This document shows, piece after piece, positions 31,919 through 44,100 of a DNA stretch of 64,000 nucleotides. Origin of the DNA: Strigamia acuminata (lineage: Eukaryota); assembly GCA_949358305.1 (NCBI GenBank), contig OX442314.1:12710001-12774000 (forward strand), given 5' to 3'. Made by a program: the position numbers and the translations under genes. Numbering within the stretch: position 1 is the stretch's first letter; each line of letters begins with the position of its first letter. Under the pieces are notes generated by a model. It worked only from the letters and a program-made list of their open reading frames with translations, was not told the origin of the DNA and made no database searches.

Positions 31919-32642
31919 TAATTCAGTGAACTACCTACATTCCGATATTTAGTTCTGCGACAATGGAAAGAATAAATATACAGTACAGTAATTTATTGAT
32001 GTCTTTTGGGATTCTCATTGCTAGCAATATAAAATCCACTAAATGGTTTGTAGGTAGATTTTTAAGTGCCTAAACATCGACAATTATTTACTAATTACAA
32101 ATGCCAGAATTTGGATTTTAATCTTGTTTGTCGAAATACCGCACACGAGTACTCAAAAACCAAAGATACATTTATATTGTCCATTAAATTATTTCCATAA
32201 AACCTAGCCAAACTAAAAATTGGCGTGAAGACGTCTTTAAAGGACCATAACATTTAAAAATTTTAAGGGCCAAATTAATATATTTTAACGACCAAGAATT
32301 TATGTTATCAAATGATTAAAATATTTTTTTTTTTAATTAAAATATTTATATTGTCTGCTAGTTAAATTAACTTTTTCACTCTAACCTAAACCATTTTTAT
32401 GCCTTCATCATCTAAATAACCCAAAAGTATAACTGAATAATTTATCCCCAATCCCAACCCACAATTGCTTGGGGATTACAGGAAACTTTCAAACCTCTAT
32501 TCAAATTTCAAATTGTCATATCATATTACATTACAAATTACAACGTTTGGTAAACGTTATGTCACTAGCGTCAACACCACGTTTATGGATATAAGGAATG
32601 ATTCATTGAAGTATACAATTACTAATCATCTAATCCGCCAAC

Positions 32643-34178
32643 ATGCCTAACAGGAAATCAGCATCGAGTTTGGAAGAATCGTGTTTGAAAACCATCTTTG
32701 CCAATTACGACAAAATACGCCATGATCTTATTCATTTTCCTATTGGATTGGTTAATGCGATATATCAGCACTTTGTTGAATTTAGAGATAAATCCAAGAT
32801 GTTAGGTGAGTGTAGAAGGAAGAAGTTTCGTTTGCATTCGGATGATTTTATTCGTCCTGGCACTAGTTCGTTATGCTGTTTGGACAGATTTTACGATCTC
32901 TCTACCCACGAACTCGTAGATAAAATAATCCGCATTTGTACAAACCTGTCTGATCTAGACTTATCACTATCGGGTAATGCGATTCCACCCGAATTAGTAA
33001 TTACATTGGTACAACATTTACCAAACCTTCAACGTCTTGACTTGGTAGCAACCAGTGCGATCACAGATTTGATTTTACCCAAGATGATTTCGAAGAACGC
33101 GAAAATTGAACATTTAGACATTTGCATAACCCAAGTTACTTCAAATGGAGGTTTGTTTCTACTACAAAATCTACCTTTCCTAAAAAAATTAGATTGCGAG
33201 AAGAGAGTGTGGAATGACTTATTCAAACTACTCAAACAAGATTTTAACGAAATGCGGGACACTTATTCTCTCGAAAACCTGACACTGTGCGAATGGACAG
33301 ACGACGATCTCAGCATTGTCACAAAAATGTTTCCGAATTTACGTACGATTGAATTTGCGCCAAACGTCCCCAGGAATTGTTTTAATGCTATAGTTGAATC
33401 GATACTGTGCAAAACAATGGGAAAACTTACTAGCTTAACGCTGTGCAAGATCGGTCCAGTCGATATTAAGCAAATCGGCATTTTCTGCCCTGTGTTGGAA
33501 AGTTTAAGTTTGAATATTTGTTCAATTAACGATGACATATCTAATTGTAATGATTTAAAAAACGTGAACGATCAGCCGCTATTCAGGCATCTACGTAAAC
33601 TGGACATTGATGAAGCACTAAACGGACCACTGAACGAACCACTAACCGAACAACAGCTGCAAATGTTATTGGTCAATCCCATTAATTTACAAAACCTATT
33701 CGTGTTTCGTTGTCAATCTTTTTCCGACAGCTTGATCACAGAGCTCATCGAATTAAATTTATTGCAAAATCTAAAAGCGTTATGGATTAGCGAGTGTCAC
33801 GGGATTAGTTTAGAAACAGTTTTAAAATTTCTAGAAATGAAAAGTATACTGAATGAGTTGAGCATTACCGATTGCGAAAATATCGACAAACCAGCTTGTG
33901 ATATTATTAAAAATTATGTTCAAAGTGAGAACTTGGATCTTGATCTTGTTCTTGATCAAGATTCTGATGTCGATTTAGATCAATTTCCTGATATCGATTC
34001 AGATCAAGATCTTGACGTCGATTCAGATCAATTTCCTGATATCGATTCAGATCAAGATCCTGACGTCGATTCAGATCAAGATCCTGATGTCGATTCAGAT
34101 CAAAATTCTGATGTCGATTCAGATCAAGATCCTGATGTCGATCAAGATCAAATTTCTTACATTGAAGTTAATTTATAA
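32643..34178 (+). CDS. BC-box/LRR family paralogue 5 (511 aa) with expanded acidic repeat tail
   Basis: SSLEESCLKTI...FPIGLVNAIY + LRRs; C-terminal 8-aa repeats of the DQDPDVDS type. Confidence 0.85.
   Translation: MPNRKSASSLEESCLKTIFANYDKIRHDLIHFPIGLVNAIYQHFVEFRDKSKMLGECRRKKFRLHSDDFIRPGTSSLCCLDRFYDLSTHELVDKIIRICTNLSDLDLSLSGNAIPPELVITLVQHLPNLQRLDLVATSAITDLILPKMISKNAKIEHLDICITQVTSNGGLFLLQNLPFLKKLDCEKRVWNDLFKLLKQDFNEMRDTYSLENLTLCEWTDDDLSIVTKMFPNLRTIEFAPNVPRNCFNAIVESILCKTMGKLTSLTLCKIGPVDIKQIGIFCPVLESLSLNICSINDDISNCNDLKNVNDQPLFRHLRKLDIDEALNGPLNEPLTEQQLQMLLVNPINLQNLFVFRCQSFSDSLITELIELNLLQNLKALWISECHGISLETVLKFLEMKSILNELSITDCENIDKPACDIIKNYVQSENLDLDLVLDQDSDVDLDQFPDIDSDQDLDVDSDQFPDIDSDQDPDVDSDQDPDVDSDQNSDVDSDQDPDVDQDQISYIEVNL
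33953..34152 (+). repeat. In-frame 24-bp minisatellite (~8 units) encoding D-Q-D-P-D-V-D-S variants
   Basis: Tandem GATCAAGATCCTGATGTCGATTCA-like units. Confidence 0.9.
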
Positions 34179-34763
34179 TCAAATGACTAAATTTTTAAAA
34201 TATTCAAAAAAAAATTAATAAAACGTTTTTACATTGTCCATTACATTACATTACATTTTCTTATGTATTTATTTACAAGTATATAACTATAATACTTTAT
34301 TGCCAAGCTCTATTGGCGCTACAGATGAAAAGTTAGCATAATCCTAAGTTCTCTTACGAGCTCAATCGCCAAAATATGGTGACCTAAGGTTGGTGTCATC
34401 CAGAGCGTAACTCATGGTGTCAGATGGAAAGTTTTGAAACCAGAGACGAGAAAATTGTAATTCTAATAACAAGATAGTTGTATTGAGAGTCCCACAGGAC
34501 GTAGAAAACACTGATGACGTTCTGCAGTTTGCCATGGAGAGAGATATGGATTGTGCGGGCTCCTGGTTAAGAATTCCTGATTTAGAAAATTAAAGAATTT
34601 GCTTTCGGACCATTCAATGTAATTTTTAATTAATTACTATACCGTTTAGTGTACGTTATCAATGGCCACGACGTCGTACGTTCGTAAGTTCTATTCATTT
34701 AAGAAATAGTTCACTGAACTAAAATCATTTCATTCAGGACTGATGGTCATCTAATATCACGAC

Positions 34764-36089
34764 ATGCCTCATAAGAAATCAGCTTCAAGTTTAGAAGAAT
34801 CGTGTTTGAAAACAATTACTGCACGTTACGAAGAGATTCGCCCCGGTCTTATTTCTTTTCCTAATACATTAATTAATACGATATATCAAAAGTTTATTGA
34901 TGATGAAGATAGGTATCCCGAGTTACATCATCGTTTGCATTCGGATGATTTTATTCGTCCTGGTACGAGATCGTTACGCGCATTGTATATGTTTCGCGAT
35001 CTGCCTGTTCGGAGACTTGTGGATAAAATAGTCCAAGTGTGTAAAAACCTGACAGATCTAGACTTTTCATTTGAAAAGATTGAACCCGAATTTATAATTA
35101 CATTGGTACAACATTTACCAAGCATTCAACGTCTTAACTTGAGTGGAAATATTGCGATCACAGATTTGATTTTAGCCAAGGTAATTATGAGGAACGATAA
35201 AATTGAATATTTAAACATCCTCTCGACAGATGTTACAGCAAATGGATGTTTACAACTTGTAAAAAATTTACCCGTGCTAAAAACATTAATATGCGAAACC
35301 AGCATGTGGGGTGAATTATTTCAACTGCTAAAACTAGATTTTTATTTCAGCAAAATGTTAAACACATATTCTCTCGAAAGTCTAATTCTGGAGGAGTGTA
35401 CGGAGGACGATCTTAGCATTGTCACACAAATGTTTCCAAAATTACGTAAGATTCGCATTACGCAACGAACATTCAGCAACTGTTTTGATGCTATAGTTGC
35501 ATCAGTACTATGCAAAACAATGGAACGATTGTCTAGTTTAACACTGTACGGCGTTAGGGGGATCAATGTACGGAAAATCGACATTTTCTGTCCATTGTTA
35601 GAAACTTTGCAATTAGGCGGTTGTTCAATCATCGATGAATTTGAACCTTCTAATTGTGATAATTTAAAAAACGTATACAATCAGCTTCCATTCAGAAATC
35701 TACGTACACTGTCTATTGGAATAACACCGATCTTTCAGCATCATTGGCAAATGTTATTGGTAAATTCCATTAATTTACAAAGTCTACAGGTTTTTAGTTG
35801 TCGATCTTTTTCCGATGGCTTGATCACTAAGTTCATCGAATTGAATTTACTGCAAAATCTGAAAATTTTACGCATTGCTTGGTGTCACTCGATTAGTCCT
35901 GCAACAGTTTTAAAATTGTTAGCAATGAAAAATCCAATGAAGGAATTGAGCATTACCGATTGCCAAAATATCGACAAACCAGCTTGTGATATTATTGAAA
36001 ATTATGTTCAAAGTCATAATTTGGATCTCGATCTCGATATTGGTGTTGTTCCTTTAGAAGGCGAAACCCTTGAAGAAGACTTAGATTAA
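34764..36089 (+). CDS. BC-box/LRR family paralogue 6 (441 aa)
   Basis: SSLEESCLKTI...FPNTLINTIY + LRRs + acidic tail; AATAAA downstream at ~36143. Confidence 0.85.
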   Translation: MPHKKSASSLEESCLKTITARYEEIRPGLISFPNTLINTIYQKFIDDEDRYPELHHRLHSDDFIRPGTRSLRALYMFRDLPVRRLVDKIVQVCKNLTDLDFSFEKIEPEFIITLVQHLPSIQRLNLSGNIAITDLILAKVIMRNDKIEYLNILSTDVTANGCLQLVKNLPVLKTLICETSMWGELFQLLKLDFYFSKMLNTYSLESLILEECTEDDLSIVTQMFPKLRKIRITQRTFSNCFDAIVASVLCKTMERLSSLTLYGVRGINVRKIDIFCPLLETLQLGGCSIIDEFEPSNCDNLKNVYNQLPFRNLRTLSIGITPIFQHHWQMLLVNSINLQSLQVFSCRSFSDGLITKFIELNLLQNLKILRIAWCHSISPATVLKLLAMKNPMKELSITDCQNIDKPACDIIENYVQSHNLDLDLDIGVVPLEGETLEEDLD

Positions 36090-37009
36090 AGAGTTCACAT
36101 AGGTTGTAATGATAATGACTAAACTAAACTATTAAAAAAGTAAATAAAATTGATTTACATTGTCCATTCAATTAATTTAACATATTCATGCTGCATATAA
36201 TGTAAAAAAAATATATCTACATAACCTTAAGTAGCCCAATCATAATCAACAATTCCTGTGTAGACTAACTAATATAATTTAGGAAGGAGTTTGAAAGAAT
36301 CGTGATTAACCAAACTAAACAAAAGCCTCTACAAATGTATGTTGTACATACGTGTTAGTATGAACTAAAATTGCAGAATAAGTGTTCTTTATGCAATGTA
36401 ACAAATTTCAATATACCGGTAAATGTACTCATTTGCTGTTCAGATAGAAAGAAATTCTTACGTATAAGCTTAGGTGAACAAATACTTTCTGGTTGTTGCT
36501 GTTGTCCTTCCAATTTACAAACGAGATGCTATTATTTTACTCCAAAACTATTCAGTAGTTGTGTGCTTGCAATGAACTCAGTGAGCCCGCTAGTATTTAA
36601 GATTGAGCTTACTCCAAACATAATTAAGACATTTTAGCTAGACACCGCTTGATCTAAAAAAATCTTTTCTACTGGTGCCAGGGCCCTGCGTTCAGGTGTT
36701 ACTTTAGCCGTGTTGTGATACCAGATGGTCAGTGGAATTATTACAGTTCAGTGAATCTTTGCTAAAACGTACAGAGCCTACGCAATAGCAAGATTTGAAC
36801 AGAAATTACTGATTGGGCTTGGCAATAAATTTTTACTTTTATAATGTTAGGTAATATAATTGACAATAACTTATTTATAATATTTAATTCAGAACCAAAT
36901 CTTGAGTTGGATACAGATAAAAAAAACTGCTCAAGATCTTGATTCTTTATCATCCTTATTCTTGATTATCCTGATTATCTTGATTTTATTCATCTTCGCT
37001 CAGATCATC

Positions 37010-38005
37010 TGTGGTGACCCGACTGGGGTGGGGCACGAAGAGTTTCTCTCGTGGCCTACATACGGGTAAAGAAGGGGAGTCGCACGCGCGCCTCCCTTCC
37101 CTCAGAGCATTGACATCCAGTCAATGGACGGGCGTCTGCCCTGGGGGAGTGGGGGAGATTCGTCTTCTCCACTATTGGGTGGCTTTAGTCACCTGTCACC
37201 CCCCGCTTTGTGCAAAGGAATTCGCCTTGCACTGAGCGGGCAGAACCAACACAAAAATCAACCAAGATACACGTAAAAGCCAAACGTCCTAAAACGATCA
37301 AGCCTAAGTACAAAGACTTCAGGAGTGACCTAGGACAAGGGACTTTCAACGTGAGTACGATTGATTTGTGTTAACCTCCGCAGAGTAACCTGCGAAACAA
37401 GATTACCACACTATTTTAGCAAGCCAGCTAGAAATAGTAAACCTACTCCAATTTAGCGAGTTGTGCAGACAAACGGTCGCACAAGCCTAAATTGCAGTAA
37501 CCACGACGAGCGTTCCCGCCGCTGTGTGTATCGCCGGGAACCACCAAGCGTCCGCCGCTGTGTGATCGCCGGACACCTACAAAAAACCCTAAACCTAGAC
37601 AACAGACCAGAAGTAAGACCTTTCAGGCATTCACTCGCGCCCGACCAGCGTGAGCCCGAAGGACCGAACGAGAAACGTGAGACGAGGACGCCATTCATTG
37701 CCACGCCGGCCCAAGACGACACCACGTTGCCACGCGGACGCCATCTTGGATCCACAGCGACAAAGGACGACCTCGACCAGTTTCTCGCCAACTTCACACC
37801 CCTTTCCTTTTACCTTTTTATTCCCTTACATATTTTATTCCCTTTTAACTGTATATTCCCGTATAATAAATACATTTATTATATTTACCTTTTACATTGT
37901 CTTGCCGTGTTACATTATTTGGGTAACCGCTTGAGTAAAGCGGTATTGCGAGATCAGAGAGTGACTCATACCACGTATCAGCGACAGACCGAGTTGAGCG
38001 CGACA
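37010..38005 (+). repeat. 5' LTR of element B
   Basis: TGTGGTG...CGCGACA; direct repeat of 49530-50525. Confidence 0.95.
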
Positions 38006-38007
38006 CG

Positions 38008-38025
38008 TGGGGGCCTGTCCGGGAT
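38008..38025 (+). promoter_or_regulatory. Primer-binding site, tRNA-Pro-like
   Basis: TGGGGGCCTGTCCGGGAT, 2 nt after the LTR; 16/18 match to the canonical tRNA-Pro PBS TGGGGGCTCGTCCGGGAT. Confidence 0.85.
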
Positions 38026-38073
38026 CGATTTAAACGACTCGAATAGAACTTGAGATCATTTTCATACCCAAAA

Positions 38074-41000
38074 ATGGCAGACAATATCCGAGTAACGGAT
38101 TCCGACTCCGACGCGAACAAGAGAGCCGGCAGTCGTAAAGGCGCCGACTATCACTTGCGATCTGGAGGTCCCTTACCCAAAGCCTCAGCGCACGAAGCGA
38201 GGCAAAAACGGCGCAAGCCTAAACCCGATCGCAGAAGCGCATCAGAGGCATCGCACCCGTCTCGTTCCGAGACGAGGCAGCGATTGGACGAGACAGAGCG
38301 GGGTGAAGAGCAATCTCACTCCAAACTGCCGCGTTCTAACCGTGACGGCGAGACGAGCGGAAACGAGGTTTTATCCCGTAACCCATCGCCTCGTCTAACG
38401 CACGACACCGAGGTGGGCAGTCCGAAAGCGGCGTCTCCGATACAAAAGACGGCCTCAAACACGACAGCTAATTCGGCACTAAACACGCCAATTACGCAAA
38501 GCCGCCCAGCTTCGGTCAGGTCCGAAGGACACAAGTCCAATGCGTCAAAAACTGAGCGTGTTCCGAGCCAGCCTTACAGCGTCTCGGCCACATTGGTTGA
38601 CACGATGCAGTTGGCACAGGCAGAAGGTGTACGATACACTCTGCCAACGGGAAAAATAACTGTGTACGAAACATTACAAATCGTACGTGCAGCTTTAAGA
38701 GCGCACAGGTTATCCCCAGAAATCACCGTTGTTGAAGACGCATACGCTCAACAAATGGTAGACTCCGCTCAATTCGAAGCGGATGCCGAGAATGAGGCCC
38801 GACAAGCCATCCGCGAGAGAAAGCGGAAGCTGGCGGAAAGAGAAGCGCGAGCTCTCGAGTACGGCAAATCCCAGCGCGTTCCGACTACTCCAGAAGAAGT
38901 CGAAATAGTTGATCGAGCCTTACATGCACATCGTTATGCATTCCGTTCTCAACAAGAAGCTGAACAAGCTTTCATGACTAGGCTGCAACGAGACAAACCA
39001 AAATCCGTTCGCAAGCCAGAAGTTAGCTCGTCCGAATTGTCCGACGAGAGCGTAGAAGGCGACCCGAAGCGCACGCCGAAGGTCAGCCCCAAACCCGAGC
39101 GAAAAAAGGAAGTGCCAGTCACTCCACGCAAACGGGAAGTCTCGACCGAACAACGCGTTCGACCTCGCATGATGGCGTTAGACGATAACACTAACAACGC
39201 TATCAACCGATTAATAAATGCGAACAACGCGCGTCGTAACGAAGAACAGACTCACACGAGCCGACAACGCGACGACCCGCGGGGTAACGACTGGCAACAG
39301 CCGGTACCCATCCTCAAAGACGACGGACCTTCGAGAAAACCTTCCGAAGACCGCACATCGTCACGAGAGGAACGTCAACGCGAAAGAGGACAGCAACAGT
39401 ATCACTACGGAAACAGTGATTCGTCGTCGGATGAACTGGAGTCGAATGCACCCAGTCATCACGATTCGGAGAGAGGTTCCGGAGAAAGACGAAGGGAAAG
39501 AGAACGCGATGAACGCAGGGAAAGGGAACGTGACGACCGTCGTAGGGGCCGGAAAGAGTCAAACTCTTCACGGCGCAACCCGCCACGCCGCTCACCGTCT
39601 CCCGACCCCAGCTCCGACCCCTCGTCCAACGACGACAGACGAAATGATAAGTCAAGTAATCGCCGGAAGAGATCCAACTCTCCGCGCGATAGAGAGAAAC
39701 GACGTCGATCGGAAAATAGCGACCACCGACGGGAGGAGTTTCAGGACCTTCCCCGACAAAGCGCGTTTACCGATTCGACGGGTCGGCAGTATACGATGGG
39801 AGAGCTTGGAAGAGCCCTGCTTGGCTCGTTAAAAGCCGAAGGAATCGATCTGAGCAAACGAAATGATCGTAATCGTAACACTGGTGACCGCGTAAAGAAA
39901 AAATACGCTGTCTCCCGACGTGACACCATGAGTGTTACCGGGAATATTAGGTGGCAATTTTATATTCAGAACCGTTTCGACGGGTCATGGAAAGCGGGAG
40001 ATCGCTTCCTTGACGAAGTAATTCGGATTAAGACTGCCACTAAAGCCACCGTAGGAGACATGCTCACCCACGGTATTGTCGAGCTAATGACAGGCTCGGC
40101 ACGTGAGTGGTACCAAGGATTGAAAGGCGTCAATTGGGACGACTTTTTAATGAGATTCGACCTGCGCTACGGCGAGACACCCGAAGAGGTGAGCCGAAAG
40201 ATGCGAGGTCTTCGCCAGATGCCTGGTGAAACCATAATGGATTACGACATTCGCGCCAGATTGTTGTTCGAAAAGGCCCCGATGGAATTTCATGCCACGG
40301 GATTCAACCTTTTCTTTCTCGGCGGTTTGTCGGAATACTCGCAACGGGTGCTACTTGAAGAAAGGGCACCGACAGGAGGCAGCTACGAAGAAATGAGCGC
40401 CTTCCTGTTCGAGAACACGATAGATATCGAGAAGAGATATTATTCCGCTTTACCAGAAGCGGAGAAAGCAGCAACCGCTAAACGTCTCAAGTTGAGTGCG
40501 GAAAGATATGGGGCGACAGACAAAATCATGCGCCCTACTGAATATCTTAGCGGTATAATGGAGCTGGCAGAAGCTAGCGTTGGTTTACAAATAAAAAATA
40601 AACTGACATCCACGCTGCCTTCCAACCCATTGGCCGCCCCTAAAAAGGCACCGACAGCGTCAGCCATGCAAGCGACACTGGAGGAGGTCAAGGAGGGGGA
40701 GGAAGCCGAACAAAATGTCGGAAAATCAGACGAAAAAGAAGAAAAAGACGATTATTCGACGGACGAAGAAATACGAAGCTATCGCGATACCTTATCAACG
40801 GGTTGCGATGAGGAAGGACCGCTAGTACATCTCATCCATCGAGATAGAGCGGTAGAAGAATTTCGCGCCAGGTTAAAACCAAATGCCGGCCGAATTCCGA
40901 AGTATTTTCGAAAAAATTACACGCCACCGTCGAAAGTAGACCCTGAAAAAAAGAAATCGATTGAAGCCCCAAGAGACAAATCAAATATTCGTTGTTTTAA

Positions 41001-41154
41001 GTGTAACCAACCGGGTCACTATTCCAATGAGTGCCCAAGAACAGCGAAAGAAGACGCTAAGTTTGACGCGATAATGAAGCAGATGGCAGAGATTAAACTC
41101 GCCATGGCAAAAAACGAGTCAAAAAACGAGTCAGCGCAGGCGGCGAAGAAATAA
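38074..41154 (+). CDS. gag: Gag of element B (~1026 aa; long charged RS/RE-rich N-terminal region, capsid-like core, CCHC)
   Basis: LMTGSAREWY...WDDFLMRFDLRY...LRQMPGETIMDY core; CFKCNQPGHYSNEC knuckle; first ATG at 38074. Confidence 0.92.
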   Translation: MADNIRVTDSDSDANKRAGSRKGADYHLRSGGPLPKASAHEARQKRRKPKPDRRSASEASHPSRSETRQRLDETERGEEQSHSKLPRSNRDGETSGNEVLSRNPSPRLTHDTEVGSPKAASPIQKTASNTTANSALNTPITQSRPASVRSEGHKSNASKTERVPSQPYSVSATLVDTMQLAQAEGVRYTLPTGKITVYETLQIVRAALRAHRLSPEITVVEDAYAQQMVDSAQFEADAENEARQAIRERKRKLAEREARALEYGKSQRVPTTPEEVEIVDRALHAHRYAFRSQQEAEQAFMTRLQRDKPKSVRKPEVSSSELSDESVEGDPKRTPKVSPKPERKKEVPVTPRKREVSTEQRVRPRMMALDDNTNNAINRLINANNARRNEEQTHTSRQRDDPRGNDWQQPVPILKDDGPSRKPSEDRTSSREERQRERGQQQYHYGNSDSSSDELESNAPSHHDSERGSGERRRERERDERRERERDDRRRGRKESNSSRRNPPRRSPSPDPSSDPSSNDDRRNDKSSNRRKRSNSPRDREKRRRSENSDHRREEFQDLPRQSAFTDSTGRQYTMGELGRALLGSLKAEGIDLSKRNDRNRNTGDRVKKKYAVSRRDTMSVTGNIRWQFYIQNRFDGSWKAGDRFLDEVIRIKTATKATVGDMLTHGIVELMTGSAREWYQGLKGVNWDDFLMRFDLRYGETPEEVSRKMRGLRQMPGETIMDYDIRARLLFEKAPMEFHATGFNLFFLGGLSEYSQRVLLEERAPTGGSYEEMSAFLFENTIDIEKRYYSALPEAEKAATAKRLKLSAERYGATDKIMRPTEYLSGIMELAEASVGLQIKNKLTSTLPSNPLAAPKKAPTASAMQATLEEVKEGEEAEQNVGKSDEKEEKDDYSTDEEIRSYRDTLSTGCDEEGPLVHLIHRDRAVEEFRARLKPNAGRIPKYFRKNYTPPSKVDPEKKKSIEAPRDKSNIRCFKCNQPGHYSNECPRTAKEDAKFDAIMKQMAEIKLAMAKNESKNESAQAAKK

Positions 41155-41172
41155 CTTCTCGACCGTCTGCGC
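41109..41172 (+). promoter_or_regulatory. -1 frameshift signal of element B with two tandem slippery heptamers
   Basis: A AAA AAC at 41109-41115 and 41121-41127, both in gag frame; hairpin GCGCAGGCGG (41134-41143) / CCGTCTGCGC (41163-41172); -1 frame open into pol. Confidence 0.85.
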
Positions 41173-41177
41173 CATTC

Positions 41178-44100
41178 ATGAAGAAGAAGGGGTTTAACAA
41201 AGGGTTCGATAAACCGCCACCAGTCAAAGAAATGGGTAGTGACATAGCTAACGCCCAGATCCAAGACAGGGCCAACAACGCTTTGCAGGTAATTACCGCA
41301 AACGCTGAGGCTGAGGCGGAAGAACCAAACCTACTGCTTGAAGAATTACCTCAAGTAGTCGAAGACACAGAAGAATTTCGTGTTTTCATGTGCAACGTGG
41401 CGGTCGAATATACCAGCCGCCTATGTATGCTGCCCATGACAATAGAACGCGAAAAAATTATGGGACTGCTAGACTCGGGAGCAGATCGCTCGTTCGTTTC
41501 CGAAGACATAGTAGCATCATTGGGTCTCACCGATAAGATAAAAGGCGTTAATAAAAATGTACGTCTAAAAACCGCCAACGGAATGGCGCGTCCAAAAGGA
41601 GTTATATTATTGACCATGGAGTGGCTCGGAGGGGTAGAACAGCACCCTTTCCTGGTCCTGCCCACGTGCGACAGAATTTTTCTGTTGGGCTTAGACCTCA
41701 TGGCGTCAATGGAAATACAACCAAATCCAATAACGAAATCTTGGAATTATATCAGAAATGATAGAGAAAGACCCGCAATTGTCGTGCCACCAGCTCTTAT
41801 CAAAGAAGCGGCCGACAAGACACAGTGGGAGAAAGGCCTAAAGAAATTCGTTCAAGACTACAATTTTAAAGCATTCGTAGCAGAATTGCAACGGGACAAT
41901 GTAGTGGAAACGCTTGTCGCCGACGCCGCTTTAGAATTAAACGAAGCGGCAGCCCTACGAAGGGTCCTACTTAAATATGAGGGGATCCTGTCGAAAAAAC
42001 CGGGCCGAACGAATAGGGCTATTCACGAGATTAAATTGACGGATAATAAACCTATACGAGTTGCGTATAAGGGAATGAATCCGCAAAAACGTGAAATAGT
42101 GCAAAAAATGTGCCAAGAAATGCTAGACAGTGGCATTGTCTCCGAGGCCCAGGGAGAATACGCGACGCGAGTTGTGCTCGTGATGCGCCCGGGCTCGGAC
42201 CCACGCCTATGCATTGATTACCGCCCATTAAACGCGGTGACAGAGATAGATCCCATACAGATGCCGTCTATCGAATCCATTTTGAGAGAGCTTAGCCCCT
42301 TTTCTTGGGTTACGACGATGGATCTGTCGAAGGGATACTGGCAAGTTGAGATGAGGCCAGAGGATAAGCTAAAAACAGCATTTTACTCGCCAATTGGACG
42401 GTTGATGTTCAACGTCATGCCGTTTGGTTTAGTGAATGCTCCCAGTACCTTTCAGAGACTAATCGAAAGCGTATTGGGTGATATCCTGCATCAGTTCGTG
42501 TGGGCATACCTAGATGACATAGTTATTGCCTCTAAAACATTCGAAGAGCACATTGAGCACATCGACCAAGTGCTCACCCGGCTGGCGAAAGCTGGGTTAC
42601 ACGTTCATCCGGGCAAGAGCAAGTTCTGCCGAAAGGAGCTTGCCTTCCTGGGTTATCGCATTGGAGTCAACGGTTTAGCTATTGGCCCCGAAAAAATCGA
42701 TGCGATTAATCGTTTCCCACCACCCGAGGACGTTAAAGGTGTCCAACGGTTTATGGGAATGATAAACTTCTTCGGCAGGTTGCTACCGGGTCTAGCTGAA
42801 GTGGCAGCCCCAGTTACCGACCTCCTGAAGAATGAAAACGAATTTGTATGGTCAAATGAGTGCACCATCGCATTTAATGCGATAAAGAGGATGCTGACGG
42901 AAGTCGGCGTAATGCCTCTACCCGACTTAAACCGGCCGTTCATATTACATACGGACGCCAGCAGAGTTGGGTTAGGAGCGGCGTTGCTCCAAACACACGT
43001 GCGCGACGGAGTCGAACAAGACCTGCCGTGCATGTTTATAAGTCGCAAACTCCAAGGCGCTGAAAAAAATTACAACGCCACAGAGTTGGAGTGTTTGGCA
43101 GTTGTGTGGGCTATAAGGAAATTCAGAGATTATCTCGAATATACCAAATTTGTAGTCCACACAGATCATCAAGCGTTACAATGGCTGATGAAATTAAAGG
43201 AGCCAGCCGGTCGACTAGCCAGATGGCAGTTAGAACTGATGGCATGTGACTTGACCATTCAATACAAGCCCGGCAAATATAACGTCGTGGCTGACGCTCT
43301 ATCAAGGGCACCAGTGTCAGATCCTATCGACGCTGACGATGATGGCGAGGATGATTCCCGCATCATTTACTGCCCGACGAGTTGTCACCGTTGGGATTTA
43401 AGGAAGATAAATGAAATTCCCACCGCGTCTCCAGCAGATGTAAAATTCTGTGGATTCTGGACGCGGTTATACCAACCAGCTGCTGACAATCACCCAAATG
43501 CAAAGAAGGAATTTAAGCTAGAGCGGAGAATAAATGACCCGCTTCTAAGCGCCTTCCACGCTCATGTCGGCAGGCAAATGCGAAGCAATCCCCCGACAAG
43601 GGAGGAAATAATTGTGCAACAAAAATTAGACAAAAAATGTCAGGACAGAGCTAGATTCGTACTGACAGGAAAATATCCGCCCAACTTAACCAGAAGGCAG
43701 AAGCGTCGTTATGCACACGAATCCATAGATTACCTATTGGATGACGGCCTTTTGGTGAAACATCACCCAAATCACCAAGATGACTTGAGTGAATCGGACA
43801 CCGCAGTAAAGGTAGTAATACCTGCTTCCTTAATCGGTCGCGTGCTGTGGTTGTTACACGGGCACCCGCTTGCAAGCCATGCGGGAGTAAGCAGAACACT
43901 CTATCGTGCTACACAGCTTTTTCACTGGACAGGGATGAAAAAAGATATTGCTCTTTTTGTCCACCAATGTCAGCGATGTCAAGCGTGCAAGCCGAGGAGT
44001 AAATCACCATTCGAAACTATTTTCTTAGGGCCTTACGCGCCTTTTGATTGTTTAAGTGTCGATGTGATGGGCCCAAAACCCGTTACGGGAAATAAAAATG

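Noticed and set aside
33953..34152. CRISPR-like array
   Set aside because: Head-to-tail coding minisatellite without unique spacers, in a eukaryotic context with no cas genes.
37463..38053. 196-aa and 217-aa ORFs in the LTRs of element B
   Set aside because: Non-ATG starts, no recognisable motifs, and they run through U-rich LTR sequence; their duplication just reflects LTR identity.
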